Below, in pieces: positions 37,816 to 47,034 of a DNA stretch of 64,000 bases. The notes under the pieces were generated by a model, which worked only from the letters and a program-made list of their open reading frames with translations, was not told where the DNA came from and searched no databases. Numbering within the stretch: the first letter of the stretch is position 1; each line of letters opens with the position of its first letter. Made by a program: the position numbers and the translations under genes. Source of the stretch: an uncultured bacterium (lineage in GTDB: Bacteria > Gemmatimonadota > Gemmatimonadetes > Gemmatimonadales > GWC2-71-9); assembly GCA_965651205.1 (NCBI GenBank), contig CBFGRM010000001.1, forward strand, positions 5,621-69,620, written 5' to 3'.

Positions 37816-40625
37816 TCCGGCCTGCGGCGCTCGCTCTCCTGCTCGCCGCGTGCGCCGGCACTCCAGCGCCGGCTCGATTGCCGGACCCGGAGCCGGTGGT
37901 GCTGCCACCGGTGGTGGAGGGAACCGTGCTGGTGGCACCGGTTCGCCCACTCGACCGGCACGACGCCGCACTGGCTGCGTATCGCGCCGGCCTGATGCCG
38001 TTGCACGCAACCGGCGTGTCGCGCTACGCCGAACTCGCGCCGGAGCGCGATGGCCGTGGCGTGCTGATCGCTATCCTCGACAGCGGCATCGACCCTGCTG
38101 TCGATGGACTGCAGTCGACCAGCGAGGGCCGTCCCAAGCTGATCGACCTGCGCGACTTTTCCGGCGAGGGGCGTGTCGAGCTGCAGCCGGTGGTGCCCGA
38201 TGGCGACGTGATCACCGTTGGGCGATTCCGAATGAGTGGTGCCAGTGTGGTGCGCGGGCGGCTCGGTGGCACTCTATGGGGCGGCCTGGTGAGCGAGGCA
38301 CGATTCGGGACCGCGCCTGCGGCCGACCTGAACGGCAGTGGTTCCGCCACCGACACCCTGGTGGTGATCGTGGGACGGGGCAATCACGGCTGGGCATTGT
38401 TCGTCGACGCACACGGAGACGGTTCGCTGGCAGACGACCAGCCGATTCACGACTTCGCGGTGGCGCAGGAATGGTTCGGATGGTCGCGCGCCGATGCGCC
38501 GCCGATCGGCATCGCGGTCAACCTGGCCGACAGCAGCGGCACGCCACTGCTCGACCTGGTGTTCGACAATTCCGGGCACGGCACCCACGTGGCCGGCATC
38601 GCGGCAGGTCACTCTCTTTACGGCGTCCGCGGTTTCGACGGGGTGGCGCCCGGCGCGAGGTTGCTCGGGCTCAAGATCGCCAACAACGCGCGCGGTGGCA
38701 TCACCACCTCAGGGTCGATGCAGCGCGCGTTGGCCCACGCCATAGCCGTCGCGGCCGACCGTAGAATGCCACTGGTGGTGAATCTCTCCTTTGGCGTCGG
38801 CAACCAGCACGAGGGAACTGCCGACATCGACCACCTCATCGATTCGACCCTGCGGGCAAACCGCGGGGTGGTGATGGTGGTGTCCGCATCCAATGATGGT
38901 CCCGGGCTCTCGACACTGGGTTTTCCCGCCAGCGCATCGGAAGTGCTGTCGGTGGGCGCGACGTCGCCGCTGGTGTTCGACGGACTGCCAGCCGATCCGA
39001 TGCGGTCCGATCCGGTGGCATTCTTCTCGAGCCGCGGCGGCGAGCGTCACGGCCCCGACCTGGTGGCACCCGGAGTGGCTTGGTCGTCGGTGCCACGCTA
39101 CGACGCCGGCTCGGAGGAGAAAAGCGGCACCTCGATGGCAGCCCCCCACGTTGCCGGCCTGGCGGCACGACTGCTGAACGTTCGTACCAGCGACGGTCGG
39201 CTGCCAACTCGTGCGATGATCGAGCAGGCGCTCACCGCCAGCGCGCGCCCCATTCCCGATGCAACAGTGCTCGACCAGGGCGCCGGGTTGCCGGAGATCG
39301 GCGCGGCGGCACGCTGGATCGCAGCTCACTCGACCGTGCCCCGACTGCACGCCGTCGACCTCGCAAATCAGCGGCTGGATGCCATCTGGTTGCCGAGCGG
39401 GGTTCCCGCCGAGGCACCGCGGGTGCGGGTCGAGCGAATCGACCGCGACGTGGCTATGCAGATCCGCCTCAGGTCCAGCGCTGCCTGGCTCGACGTTGCC
39501 GGTCCTGCCGTCCGCTCCCTGCCTCCGGAAGGGGCGACGCTGGAATTGAAGTTGGACAGCGATCTGCTGATGCAGCCGGGTACTCACGTCGCAACCTTGT
39601 TCGTGGACGACGCCCAGGACGAGGGCCTCGGCGTGCTGCTGCGGATTCCGGTCACGGTGCAGGTGCCGATCGCTACCGACGGAACCAACGCCGGGCTGGC
39701 AACCATTCATCCCGGTGCTGCTGCCCGTGCCACCTTCCTGGCCGACACGGGACTCGGCCTCCAGGTGCGAGTGGAAACGGCGTCGCGTGACGGCGTGGTG
39801 CTCGCCGCATTGCACGAACCGGGCGGCCAGCCCTTCCGGGACGTGCCGATCCTGCCGGCCGGCAACGGCGAGCGTGCCGGGGTGATCGAGGTCGATGCCC
39901 GGGACGTTCGTTCCGGCAGCTACGAGGTGGTGATGCTCGCGCCACCCCGAGTAGGTGTCGCCGCGCGAGTGGCGGTGCGCGCCTCGCCGCTCAGGTTGGG
40001 CGGAATGGTCCAGCGCGATTCGCTGGTGATCAACGCGCTCAACGTCTCGGCCGACACAGTTGCGGCCAGGCTCCGGGTGGCATTCAGTGGCGCAGAACGG
40101 CAATTGCTGATGCAGGCACCGACAGCGCGAATCACCGACACGTTGGTGGGCATTCCGGAGTGGGCCGGCCACCTGGTGCTGGATGTCGCGATGGCAGAGG
40201 ACGATTGGTCGCGCTTCACCGACTTCGGTGTCACCCTGTGGCACCGCGATGGCCGAATATTGGCCACCGAGCCACTCAATTACGCCTTCGGCCGGATGCG
40301 ACTCGACATCCCCCCGGCACTGCGTGGCGATACGCTCTCTCTCGAGCTCGCGCCGGCCGACGCGGTTCCGGGTCGCGACACGCCGTGGCAGGTTGAAGTG
40401 GCGATCCGCTTCCTGGCCGAGCGGCCGGTGGTGCTCGATGGCGGCGGCACCGAAGTCAATTCACTGCCGCCGGGCGCAATCACTCGCGCCGCGTATCCGC
40501 TGATGAAATGGCCGCTGCCGCTGGGCGCCGACCTGGCACCGCTGGTCACCGTGGTCGCTCTCCAGGGTGACACCGCGCCGTGGACCCGTGAGATTGTCCT
40601 GACACACCGTGAGGGAGGGCACTGA
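37812..40625 (+). CDS. S8 subtilisin-like serine peptidase, probable lipoprotein (TPP II-like)
   Basis: Lipobox LLAAC; triad ILDSGID, GHGTHVAGI, SGTSMAAPHV; long insertion between the Asp and His motifs. Confidence 0.9.
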   Translation: MIRPAALALLLAACAGTPAPARLPDPEPVVLPPVVEGTVLVAPVRPLDRHDAALAAYRAGLMPLHATGVSRYAELAPERDGRGVLIAILDSGIDPAVDGLQSTSEGRPKLIDLRDFSGEGRVELQPVVPDGDVITVGRFRMSGASVVRGRLGGTLWGGLVSEARFGTAPAADLNGSGSATDTLVVIVGRGNHGWALFVDAHGDGSLADDQPIHDFAVAQEWFGWSRADAPPIGIAVNLADSSGTPLLDLVFDNSGHGTHVAGIAAGHSLYGVRGFDGVAPGARLLGLKIANNARGGITTSGSMQRALAHAIAVAADRRMPLVVNLSFGVGNQHEGTADIDHLIDSTLRANRGVVMVVSASNDGPGLSTLGFPASASEVLSVGATSPLVFDGLPADPMRSDPVAFFSSRGGERHGPDLVAPGVAWSSVPRYDAGSEEKSGTSMAAPHVAGLAARLLNVRTSDGRLPTRAMIEQALTASARPIPDATVLDQGAGLPEIGAAARWIAAHSTVPRLHAVDLANQRLDAIWLPSGVPAEAPRVRVERIDRDVAMQIRLRSSAAWLDVAGPAVRSLPPEGATLELKLDSDLLMQPGTHVATLFVDDAQDEGLGVLLRIPVTVQVPIATDGTNAGLATIHPGAAARATFLADTGLGLQVRVETASRDGVVLAALHEPGGQPFRDVPILPAGNGERAGVIEVDARDVRSGSYEVVMLAPPRVGVAARVAVRASPLRLGGMVQRDSLVINALNVSADTVAARLRVAFSGAERQLLMQAPTARITDTLVGIPEWAGHLVLDVAMAEDDWSRFTDFGVTLWHRDGRILATEPLNYAFGRMRLDIPPALRGDTLSLELAPADAVPGRDTPWQVEVAIRFLAERPVVLDGGGTEVNSLPPGAITRAAYPLMKWPLPLGADLAPLVTVVALQGDTAPWTREIVLTHREGGH

Positions 40626-41998
40626 TGGCTGCCGATGGCACCGTACGGATCGCGGCCGGACAGGGGTTCTGGGGTGACTGGATCGAGGCGCCGCTCCGGC
40701 AGGTCGAGGGCGGCCAGATCGACTACCTGGTGCTCGACTACCTTGCCGAAGTCACGATGTCGATCCTGCAGAAGCAGCGCAATCGTGATCCGGCGATGGG
40801 GTATGCCCGCGATTTCATCAGCCAGGTCGCACGGATCCTACCCTGGGTGGCCGACCGCAACGTCAAGGTGATCTCCAACGCCGGCGGCGTGAATCCCCGC
40901 GCCTGTGCCGCCGCACTGCGACAGGCCGCTGACTCAGCGGGCGTGGGCGACAAGATCCGTATCGCGCTGGTGACGGGTGACGACCTGCTGCCTGAACTAG
41001 ATCGCTACGTTGTCGACGGTGAGCCGATGTCGAATATGGATACCGGTCGGCCACTGGCCGATGTGCGCGACTCGGTGGTGTCGGCAAACGCCTACCTCGG
41101 GATGCAGCCGATAGTGGAGGCGCTGGCCCGGGGAGCCAACATCGTGGTCACCGGCAGGGTCACCGACACCGGACTCACGCTGGGGCCGCTGGTACACGAG
41201 TTCGGCTGGAAAACCGACGACTGGGACCGCATCGCCGCCGGCACTGTCGCAGGACACATCCTGGAATGTGGCGCACAGAGTTCAGGTGGCAACCTGCTGC
41301 ACCAATGGCGGAAGGTGAAGCGCCTGGAGGACGTGGGGTTTCCGATCGTGGAGGTCAAGGAAGACGCCACGTTCGTCGTCACCAAGCATCCCGGCACCGG
41401 CGGGGTGGTCAATGTCCCGTCCGTCACCGAACAACTCGTCTACGAGATGGGAGATCCGGAGGAATACATCACGCCCGATGGTGTGGCCGACTTCACCACG
41501 ATCGCGCTACGGAAGCAGGGCAGGAACCGGGTCGAGGTTTCCGGCGTGCGGGGCAAGCCGCGCACCGACAAGCTCAAGGTGTCGATCGCCCATACCTGGG
41601 GCTGGAAGGCCATCGGCACTCTGGTCTACGCCTGGCCGGACGCCTACGACAAGGCGCGTTCAGCGGACCGTGTTCTCCGCAAGCGGCTGTCCGCACTCGG
41701 TCTGGAGTTCGACCAGATTCTCACCGAGTATGTCGGCGTGAATGCCACTCACGGCAAGCTTGCGGGCAACCCGGATCCCGACATCGCCGAGGTGATGCTC
41801 CGGGTCGGGGTCCGCAGTCGTGAACGCGCTCCGGTGGAACGCTTCACTCGGGAGATCGCGCCACTGGTCCTGACCGGACCGCCCAGCGTGACCGGGTTTG
41901 CCGGTGGGCGGCCCCAGGTCGAGGAGATCATCGCCTACTGGCCGGCGCTGGTGTCACGCGAACGGATCGAGTCCAACGTCAAGGTGGAGCTGCTCTGA
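40625..41998 (+). CDS. atuA: acyclic terpene utilization AtuA-family (DUF1446) protein
   Basis: GQGFWGD, DYL..DYLAEVTMSIL, NAGG.NP, SANAYLG, AGHILECGAQ..GGN, EQLVYE..DP..Y.TPD. Confidence 0.9.
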   Translation: MAADGTVRIAAGQGFWGDWIEAPLRQVEGGQIDYLVLDYLAEVTMSILQKQRNRDPAMGYARDFISQVARILPWVADRNVKVISNAGGVNPRACAAALRQAADSAGVGDKIRIALVTGDDLLPELDRYVVDGEPMSNMDTGRPLADVRDSVVSANAYLGMQPIVEALARGANIVVTGRVTDTGLTLGPLVHEFGWKTDDWDRIAAGTVAGHILECGAQSSGGNLLHQWRKVKRLEDVGFPIVEVKEDATFVVTKHPGTGGVVNVPSVTEQLVYEMGDPEEYITPDGVADFTTIALRKQGRNRVEVSGVRGKPRTDKLKVSIAHTWGWKAIGTLVYAWPDAYDKARSADRVLRKRLSALGLEFDQILTEYVGVNATHGKLAGNPDPDIAEVMLRVGVRSRERAPVERFTREIAPLVLTGPPSVTGFAGGRPQVEEIIAYWPALVSRERIESNVKVELL

Positions 41999-42351
41999 TG
42001 ACCCGGATGCTGCAATTGCGATGGCTGGCCCACGCACGCTCGGGGGACAAGGGCGACGCCGCCAACGTCGGCCTGATCGCGCTCGAGCCCGAATGGTACG
42101 AACTCCTCCGCGAGGAAGTCACCGCCCCACGGGTTGCGCGGCACTTCAAGGGGATGGTGACCCGGGTCGAGCGCTTCGAACTGCCCAACCTGAACGCGCT
42201 CAACTTCCTGCTGCACGGTGCACTCGATGGTGGCGGAACACTGTCTCTCAAGACCGATGCACAGGGCAAGGTGTACTCCACCGCACTGCTGCGGATGGAA
42301 ATCCCCGTGTCGCGCGCGGTCGAACGCAAGGCGAGGAAGGCCTCACGATGA
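41998..42351 (+). CDS. AtuA C-terminal-like small protein
   Basis: L..LAHARSGDKGD.ANVG, V.RFELPNLNALNF..L.GGG, D.QGK. Confidence 0.8.
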   Translation: MTRMLQLRWLAHARSGDKGDAANVGLIALEPEWYELLREEVTAPRVARHFKGMVTRVERFELPNLNALNFLLHGALDGGGTLSLKTDAQGKVYSTALLRMEIPVSRAVERKARKASR

Positions 42352-43106
42352 GCGACCACCTGACCACGGCACTTGCCGACGGCATCCTGACGATCACGCT
42401 CAACCGGCCCGACAAGCGGAACGCGCTGTCGTCCGCGATGATCGGCGACCTGGCCACCCAGCTCGCCCGGGCTGAACTCGACGGCGACGTCCGCGTGGTG
42501 GCTCTGCGCGGTGCGGGCAGGGACTTCTGTGCCGGCGCCGATCTGGCCGAGCTGCTGGAATCGGTGGATCGGAGTGTCGACGAGAACGAACGGGACGCAC
42601 TCCATCTCGGTGAGGTGTTCATCGCCCTCCGGCAATTGCCCAAGCCGGTGGTCGCGGTGGTGCAGGGCAGGGCTCTCGCTGGTGGTGCCGGATTGGCAAC
42701 TGCCTGCGACCTCGTGCTGGCCGGCAGGAGCGCCGCGTTCGGGTACCCCGAGATCGAGCGCGGCTTCGTTCCGGCAATGGTGATGACATCGCTGCGTCGC
42801 TGCATCGGCGAGAAGCGGGCCTTCGAACTGGTTGCCACTGGCAGGGTCGTGTCGAGCGACGAGGCGTTGTCGCTCGGTCTGGTCAGCAGGGTGGTCCCGG
42901 ACGATGCGCTGGAACAGGCAGCAGCCGGGCTGCTGGCCGAGCTGGCCTCACGTTCGGCAACAGCATTGGCGCTGACCAAGCAGCTCTTTACCGATCTCGA
43001 CCAGCGCAACTTCGACCAGGGGGTTCTGCTCGGCGCCCGGGTCAACGCCCTGTCGCGCAGCACCGCGGAGTTCAAGGCTGCGGTTGCCGGGTTCCTGGAC
43101 AGATGA
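42348..43106 (+). CDS. enoyl-CoA hydratase/isomerase (methylglutaconyl-CoA hydratase-like)
   Basis: LNRPDKRNAL, FCAGADL, GRALAGGAGL..ACD, PE...G..P. Confidence 0.92.
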   Translation: MSDHLTTALADGILTITLNRPDKRNALSSAMIGDLATQLARAELDGDVRVVALRGAGRDFCAGADLAELLESVDRSVDENERDALHLGEVFIALRQLPKPVVAVVQGRALAGGAGLATACDLVLAGRSAAFGYPEIERGFVPAMVMTSLRRCIGEKRAFELVATGRVVSSDEALSLGLVSRVVPDDALEQAAAGLLAELASRSATALALTKQLFTDLDQRNFDQGVLLGARVNALSRSTAEFKAAVAGFLDR

Positions 43107-43270
43107 CTACCCTCCGCCGGATCAAGCTGGCCTTCGTCGCAATCGGCCTGGTCGGAGCCGTAGTTGCCGTGGCCACCGAGGATCGCAGGATCACCTGGGT
43201 TGCGATCGCCTTCCTGGCCGCTTCGCTGGTCATTCGCCTGCTCGACAGGGGAAGGCCCCCGACCCCATAG
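43103..43270 (+). CDS. small 55-aa two-TM membrane protein (below the ORF-track cutoff)
   Basis: ATG overlaps the hydratase stop (ATGA); MTTLRRIKLAFVAIGLVGAVVAVATEDRRITWVAIAFLAASLVIRLLDRGRPPTP*. Confidence 0.7.
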   Translation: MTTLRRIKLAFVAIGLVGAVVAVATEDRRITWVAIAFLAASLVIRLLDRGRPPTP

Positions 43271-43354
43271 CAGGACGGCTCGCGACGCATTGACGGGTCA
43301 CGGTCGTCGTCGCAAGGTACCACGCTTCCGGGGCTGACCGATTCGGTTTCCCCG

Positions 43355-44689
43355 ATGCTCGCCTCCGCCACGGCACTGCTCCAGCGAACCTTCGGGTTCC
43401 ACTCCTTCCGACCGCTCCAGCAGCGGGTGTTGCTGCCAGCGTTGGCAGGACGCGACGTCCTCGCGGTCCTGCCTACTGGCGGCGGCAAGTCGCTCTGCTT
43501 TCAGGTGCCGGCCCTGGCCGACGGTGGTCTTACCATCGTGGTGTCGCCGCTGATTGCGCTGATGCAGGATCAGGTCTCCCGGCTCCAGTCCCTGGACATA
43601 GCCGCTGCCACCCTGTCGGGCGACGTCGATCGGGCCGTCGAGGCGGCTACGCTTTCGCGGGCCGCGCGCGGTGAACTCCGGCTGCTTTACCTCTCCCCCG
43701 AACGACTGCCCAGAATCGCTGATGTGCTGCGAGCGCGGCAGGGCAGGGTCAGCAGGATCGCCGTCGATGAGGCTCATTGCATAGTCGAGTGGGGCCACGA
43801 TTTCCGGCCAGCATATCGGCGGATTCGTGCCGTCAGACTGGCGCTGGGACGGCCACCCTGCATCGCACTCACCGCATCGGCCACACCAGCCGTGCGGGTC
43901 GGGATTCGCGAAGCGCTCGGGCTAGGGCCGGACACCGCGGAGATCGTAGGATCCTTCGATCGCCGGAATCTGCGCTTCGAGGTTGTCCCGGTGCGGAGTA
44001 CCGAGGACCGGCTGGCCAGGATGGTGGTGCTGGTGCGAACAACCCGAGGGCCTGCGATAGTGTATGCCCCGACACGTGGGCTCACCGAGGGACTCGCCGC
44101 AACCTTGGTCGAGAGTGGCGTAAGCGCCGCACCATATCACGCCGGAATGCGTTCGGACGAACGGCGCCGGGTGCTGGACGACTTCCTCGCCGATCGTACC
44201 CGAGTGGTCGTTGCCACCTGTGCGTTCGGTATGGGGATCGACAAGCCCGATGTGCGACTGGTGGCACACTGGACACTGCCGTCGACTCCGGAGGCGTACT
44301 ACCAGGAGGCCGGTCGGGCCGGTCGAGATGGAGGCCTGGCGCGCTGCGTCCTGATGTTCCACCCGGCCGACGAGAGGCATCCGAGACGACAGATTTCGAC
44401 GACCTTCCCCGACGAGCGGGTGGTCGAATCGATCTGGCGCGAACCCGCCCTGCGCTGCAGGCACACCGATGCGATCGTGGCTGCAGCGGATCGACTCGGT
44501 GCGGAGTTGCGGCCCGATCGCAACGGCGTGGATTGGACCCCGGTGCGTCGCCGAAGGCGCGAAGCCGAGCGGCGACTGAGGGCAATGATCGGGTACGCAA
44601 CCACCCGGCGCTGCCGCCGGGCTGCGCTGCTGGCGTGGTTTGGTGAAACGGTGAGTCGTTGCAGCGGCTGCGATACCTGCCGCCGCTGA
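43355..44689 (+). CDS. recQ: RecQ-family DNA helicase (short form)
   Basis: LPTGGGKSLCFQ, SPLIALMQDQV, DEAHC..EWGHDFRP, FGMGIDKPDVR, QEAGRAGRDG, C-terminal CRR...C.GCD.C. Confidence 0.94.
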   Translation: MLASATALLQRTFGFHSFRPLQQRVLLPALAGRDVLAVLPTGGGKSLCFQVPALADGGLTIVVSPLIALMQDQVSRLQSLDIAAATLSGDVDRAVEAATLSRAARGELRLLYLSPERLPRIADVLRARQGRVSRIAVDEAHCIVEWGHDFRPAYRRIRAVRLALGRPPCIALTASATPAVRVGIREALGLGPDTAEIVGSFDRRNLRFEVVPVRSTEDRLARMVVLVRTTRGPAIVYAPTRGLTEGLAATLVESGVSAAPYHAGMRSDERRRVLDDFLADRTRVVVATCAFGMGIDKPDVRLVAHWTLPSTPEAYYQEAGRAGRDGGLARCVLMFHPADERHPRRQISTTFPDERVVESIWREPALRCRHTDAIVAAADRLGAELRPDRNGVDWTPVRRRRREAERRLRAMIGYATTRRCRRAALLAWFGETVSRCSGCDTCRR

Positions 44690-44707
44690 TCACTCGGGGA
44701 TACGGAC

Positions 44708-46612
44708 TCAGGGCAGCGGGCGAAGTTTGCCATCGCCGCCGATGATCCACGGCGCCTCGAAGATTTCCTCGTTGAGTTTCAGCTTGGTGCCCAGCGGTAT
44801 CGCGAAATCGCGGATTGCCGGCACAAACGGTTCGGCTTGAGCCGGATCGACGACGTAGCCGAGGTCGGCGATCGCACCAACGGTCACGGCGGTGAGCGGC
44901 ATATGGATTCCGGCAGGCTCTATCCAGCCGGTCATTATCTCCTCGACCATCACCGATTCACGCCAATGGGAACCGGCTGTCCCGCTGCCACCGGTGTTCT
45001 CGATCGGCACCGGATTGCCGGCGTAGCTGATTCCGAGCAACGGCCAGCCGGCCAATCCCCCGGCGCCGGTGTAGTACGGATCCGCTCCGTTGACCATCAG
45101 GTTGTGGAAGGTCCACCTCGGCTCCAGCAGCCCGAGGACGTGTCCCATTTCGTGGATCACGACGTGGCGGAACTGGTCCGGCGTCAGGTTGAGTGCGTCG
45201 GCCTGGTCGAACTCCATATAGCCGATCGCGGTGAGCCTGCTGCCACCGCGTTCGCCGACACTGCACGGTCCGGCTCGTGCGAGCACTCCTCCCGGGCCGT
45301 CGCCCGGCCCGATCCTGGCGTAGATCACCAGGTCGTCAATCGTGCCGGTGGTCGCAGGCAGCGTCACGTTGACGCAGCTCCAGGGTGTCGGCAAGTTGGC
45401 GATGAAGTCGGGCAGGTCGCCCACTATCACCTCCATCCAGCGCATCGCACCAGCCACGTAGCCGTCGCGAAGATCGGCGTCGGGGGTGTTGAGAAATCGG
45501 ATGTCGATGGTGAAGGCACGCTCGACTCCCGAAACCGTGAACGAGGTTGGCGGTCCGTCATAGCCGGGCACCGTGGCATCCACCTGCGAGAACGGCTCCG
45601 AGCCCAGTTTCCAGTCGGCAAGTGCGGCCACGCCTTCGGCATCGGTTATCACCGTGTCACCGAGGATCGAACCGTTGCCGGCGACCATCGTGAACACCAC
45701 TGGCACGCCCTGGATATCGGCACCGAACGAGTCGGTCACTCGGACTCGGGGGACCTTCGGCACTGCGAAATCGAGATAGCCGGCCTGGTCAGTGGGCGAC
45801 GTCGCAGTGATCGCTTCGGGAATGCCCACCCCGATGGCATTGAAGGTGGCCACGATGCTGGTAGTGGTGCGCGCCTGGAGCTGGTTGGTGCCACTCACGG
45901 GCCCGAGTCGCCAGCCGGTCACGGTGGTGCGGCCCTCGGCATCGGTGCGGGTGATCGAGGGCCCGGTGAGACTGCCGCCGCCGCTGGTCACCAGCCAGGT
46001 TACTTCGGTGTCGGGGATCGGATTGCCGAAACTGTCGCGGACCCGGACCGCAGGTCTGGGGGTCACCTCCTGCTCAACCACCGCGGAGAGATTGGCACCT
46101 CCGGTAACGATCTGGATCGTGGCCGGCGCGCCCGGGCCGGCGGTGGCATTGATCTGCACCGACAAAGGGTGGTTGAGCACCTGGGCGCGCAAGATGTTGG
46201 TACTCGGGAGCGGCCCCAGTCGCCACTCGCCCACCGTCGCCAGGCCCTGGCCGTCGGTGACCACCGAGTCCAGTGTCACCACGCCGCCGCCCTGGAGGAT
46301 ATCGAACTTGACACTCAGTCCGGGCACGCCCCGACCCGACGCGTCGCGAACCCGGACCCCGGGAGCGATCGCAACTGCCCGTCCGACGGTGCCCTGTTGG
46401 TCAGCACCCGCCGCCACGGTGATCGATGCTGGTGGGCCGACCGGGCCGGTGCCGTCGCCGCCGCAAGCCAGGGCCGACAGCAGGAGTGCTACGGGAAGCC
46501 ACACGTGGGACTGGGGGCGCTGTGGAATCGGTCTGCTCCGGTGGGAGGTCAGCAGAAGTATATGCCCACGGGGTGCAGGGTGAGAGCTCGCCGGGCCGGG
46601 AGCCACCGACAT
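44708..46612 (-). CDS. Ig-like-repeat zinc metalloprotease, leishmanolysin (M8)-like, probable lipoprotein
   Basis: Lipobox LSALAC, three Big_1-like repeats (V.V.D..G.P, TD..G.A....W.LG), HEMGHVLG, GSHWRE, EIMTG; start uncertain (may be nearer 46504). Confidence 0.8.
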   Translation of the reverse strand: MSVAPGPASSHPAPRGHILLLTSHRSRPIPQRPQSHVWLPVALLLSALACGGDGTGPVGPPASITVAAGADQQGTVGRAVAIAPGVRVRDASGRGVPGLSVKFDILQGGGVVTLDSVVTDGQGLATVGEWRLGPLPSTNILRAQVLNHPLSVQINATAGPGAPATIQIVTGGANLSAVVEQEVTPRPAVRVRDSFGNPIPDTEVTWLVTSGGGSLTGPSITRTDAEGRTTVTGWRLGPVSGTNQLQARTTTSIVATFNAIGVGIPEAITATSPTDQAGYLDFAVPKVPRVRVTDSFGADIQGVPVVFTMVAGNGSILGDTVITDAEGVAALADWKLGSEPFSQVDATVPGYDGPPTSFTVSGVERAFTIDIRFLNTPDADLRDGYVAGAMRWMEVIVGDLPDFIANLPTPWSCVNVTLPATTGTIDDLVIYARIGPGDGPGGVLARAGPCSVGERGGSRLTAIGYMEFDQADALNLTPDQFRHVVIHEMGHVLGLLEPRWTFHNLMVNGADPYYTGAGGLAGWPLLGISYAGNPVPIENTGGSGTAGSHWRESVMVEEIMTGWIEPAGIHMPLTAVTVGAIADLGYVVDPAQAEPFVPAIRDFAIPLGTKLKLNEEIFEAPWIIGGDGKLRPLP

Positions 46613-46640
46613 TGCCGTAACCCCCTTGTAACCATAGCTT
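46612..46640 (+). promoter_or_regulatory. sigma70-like promoter upstream of RNase E/G
   Basis: TTGCCG-17 bp-TAGCTT. Confidence 0.6.
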
Positions 46641-46646
46641 TCCGAA

Positions 46647-47034
46647 ATGTCAGCCAAGCTGTCGTATCTGCTCGACACTGTGACCTCTCGGGGTAGCGTC
46701 CTCGGGTTGTGGCTGACATCCGTATTGCGCATCAACCCGCGCCGACTTCCGGCCCTGTCCCCAACGCATCGCCCAGTTCACGTGACCCGACAGCTTCGTC
46801 GCCCCACCGGCGCCGGGGAGGTATCGGGCGGCAACGGCACGGCCTGCCTGTTGACGTCCCATTCCTTCCGGTATCGGCGGGGGAGGACGGTGCTTTCGGC
46901 CGCGATGCGACGCAGCCCGAGGGCTGCCCGTGGCACAGTCGGCAATCGGCTGACCCTGGCCAGGTGGCCAGCGTCACCTTCCTACCTGTATTCGGGGCGG
47001 TCGCTCGAGCCGCGACTTCCCGATCGAGACTTCC
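46647..47034 (+). promoter_or_regulatory. long structured 5' leader of the RNase E/G gene
   Basis: ~390 nt with no credible CDS and several hairpins, e.g. CGGGTTG/CAACCCG, GCAGCC-CGAG-GGCTGC (46912-46927), TGAC.CTGGCC-AGGT-GGCCAG.GTCA (46951-46976). Confidence 0.5.

Noticed and set aside
35500-38010. 836-aa minus-strand ORF, and similar long ORFs such as 44837-46696(+), 56361-58325(-), 38709-40244(-) and 2290-3657(+)
   Set aside because: Antisense shadows of well-supported genes in high-GC DNA, with no recognisable motifs
43290-43354. LexA direct-repeat box upstream of recQ
   Set aside because: A TTGACG -35-like hexamer is present but there is no TTCG-N7-TTCG pair
46647-47034. Possible RNase P RNA, tmRNA, SRP or 6S RNA in the long structured gap
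   Set aside because: I found no GAGGAAAGTCC-type RNase P core, tRNA-like ends or SRP motif on either strand; kept only as a putative leader
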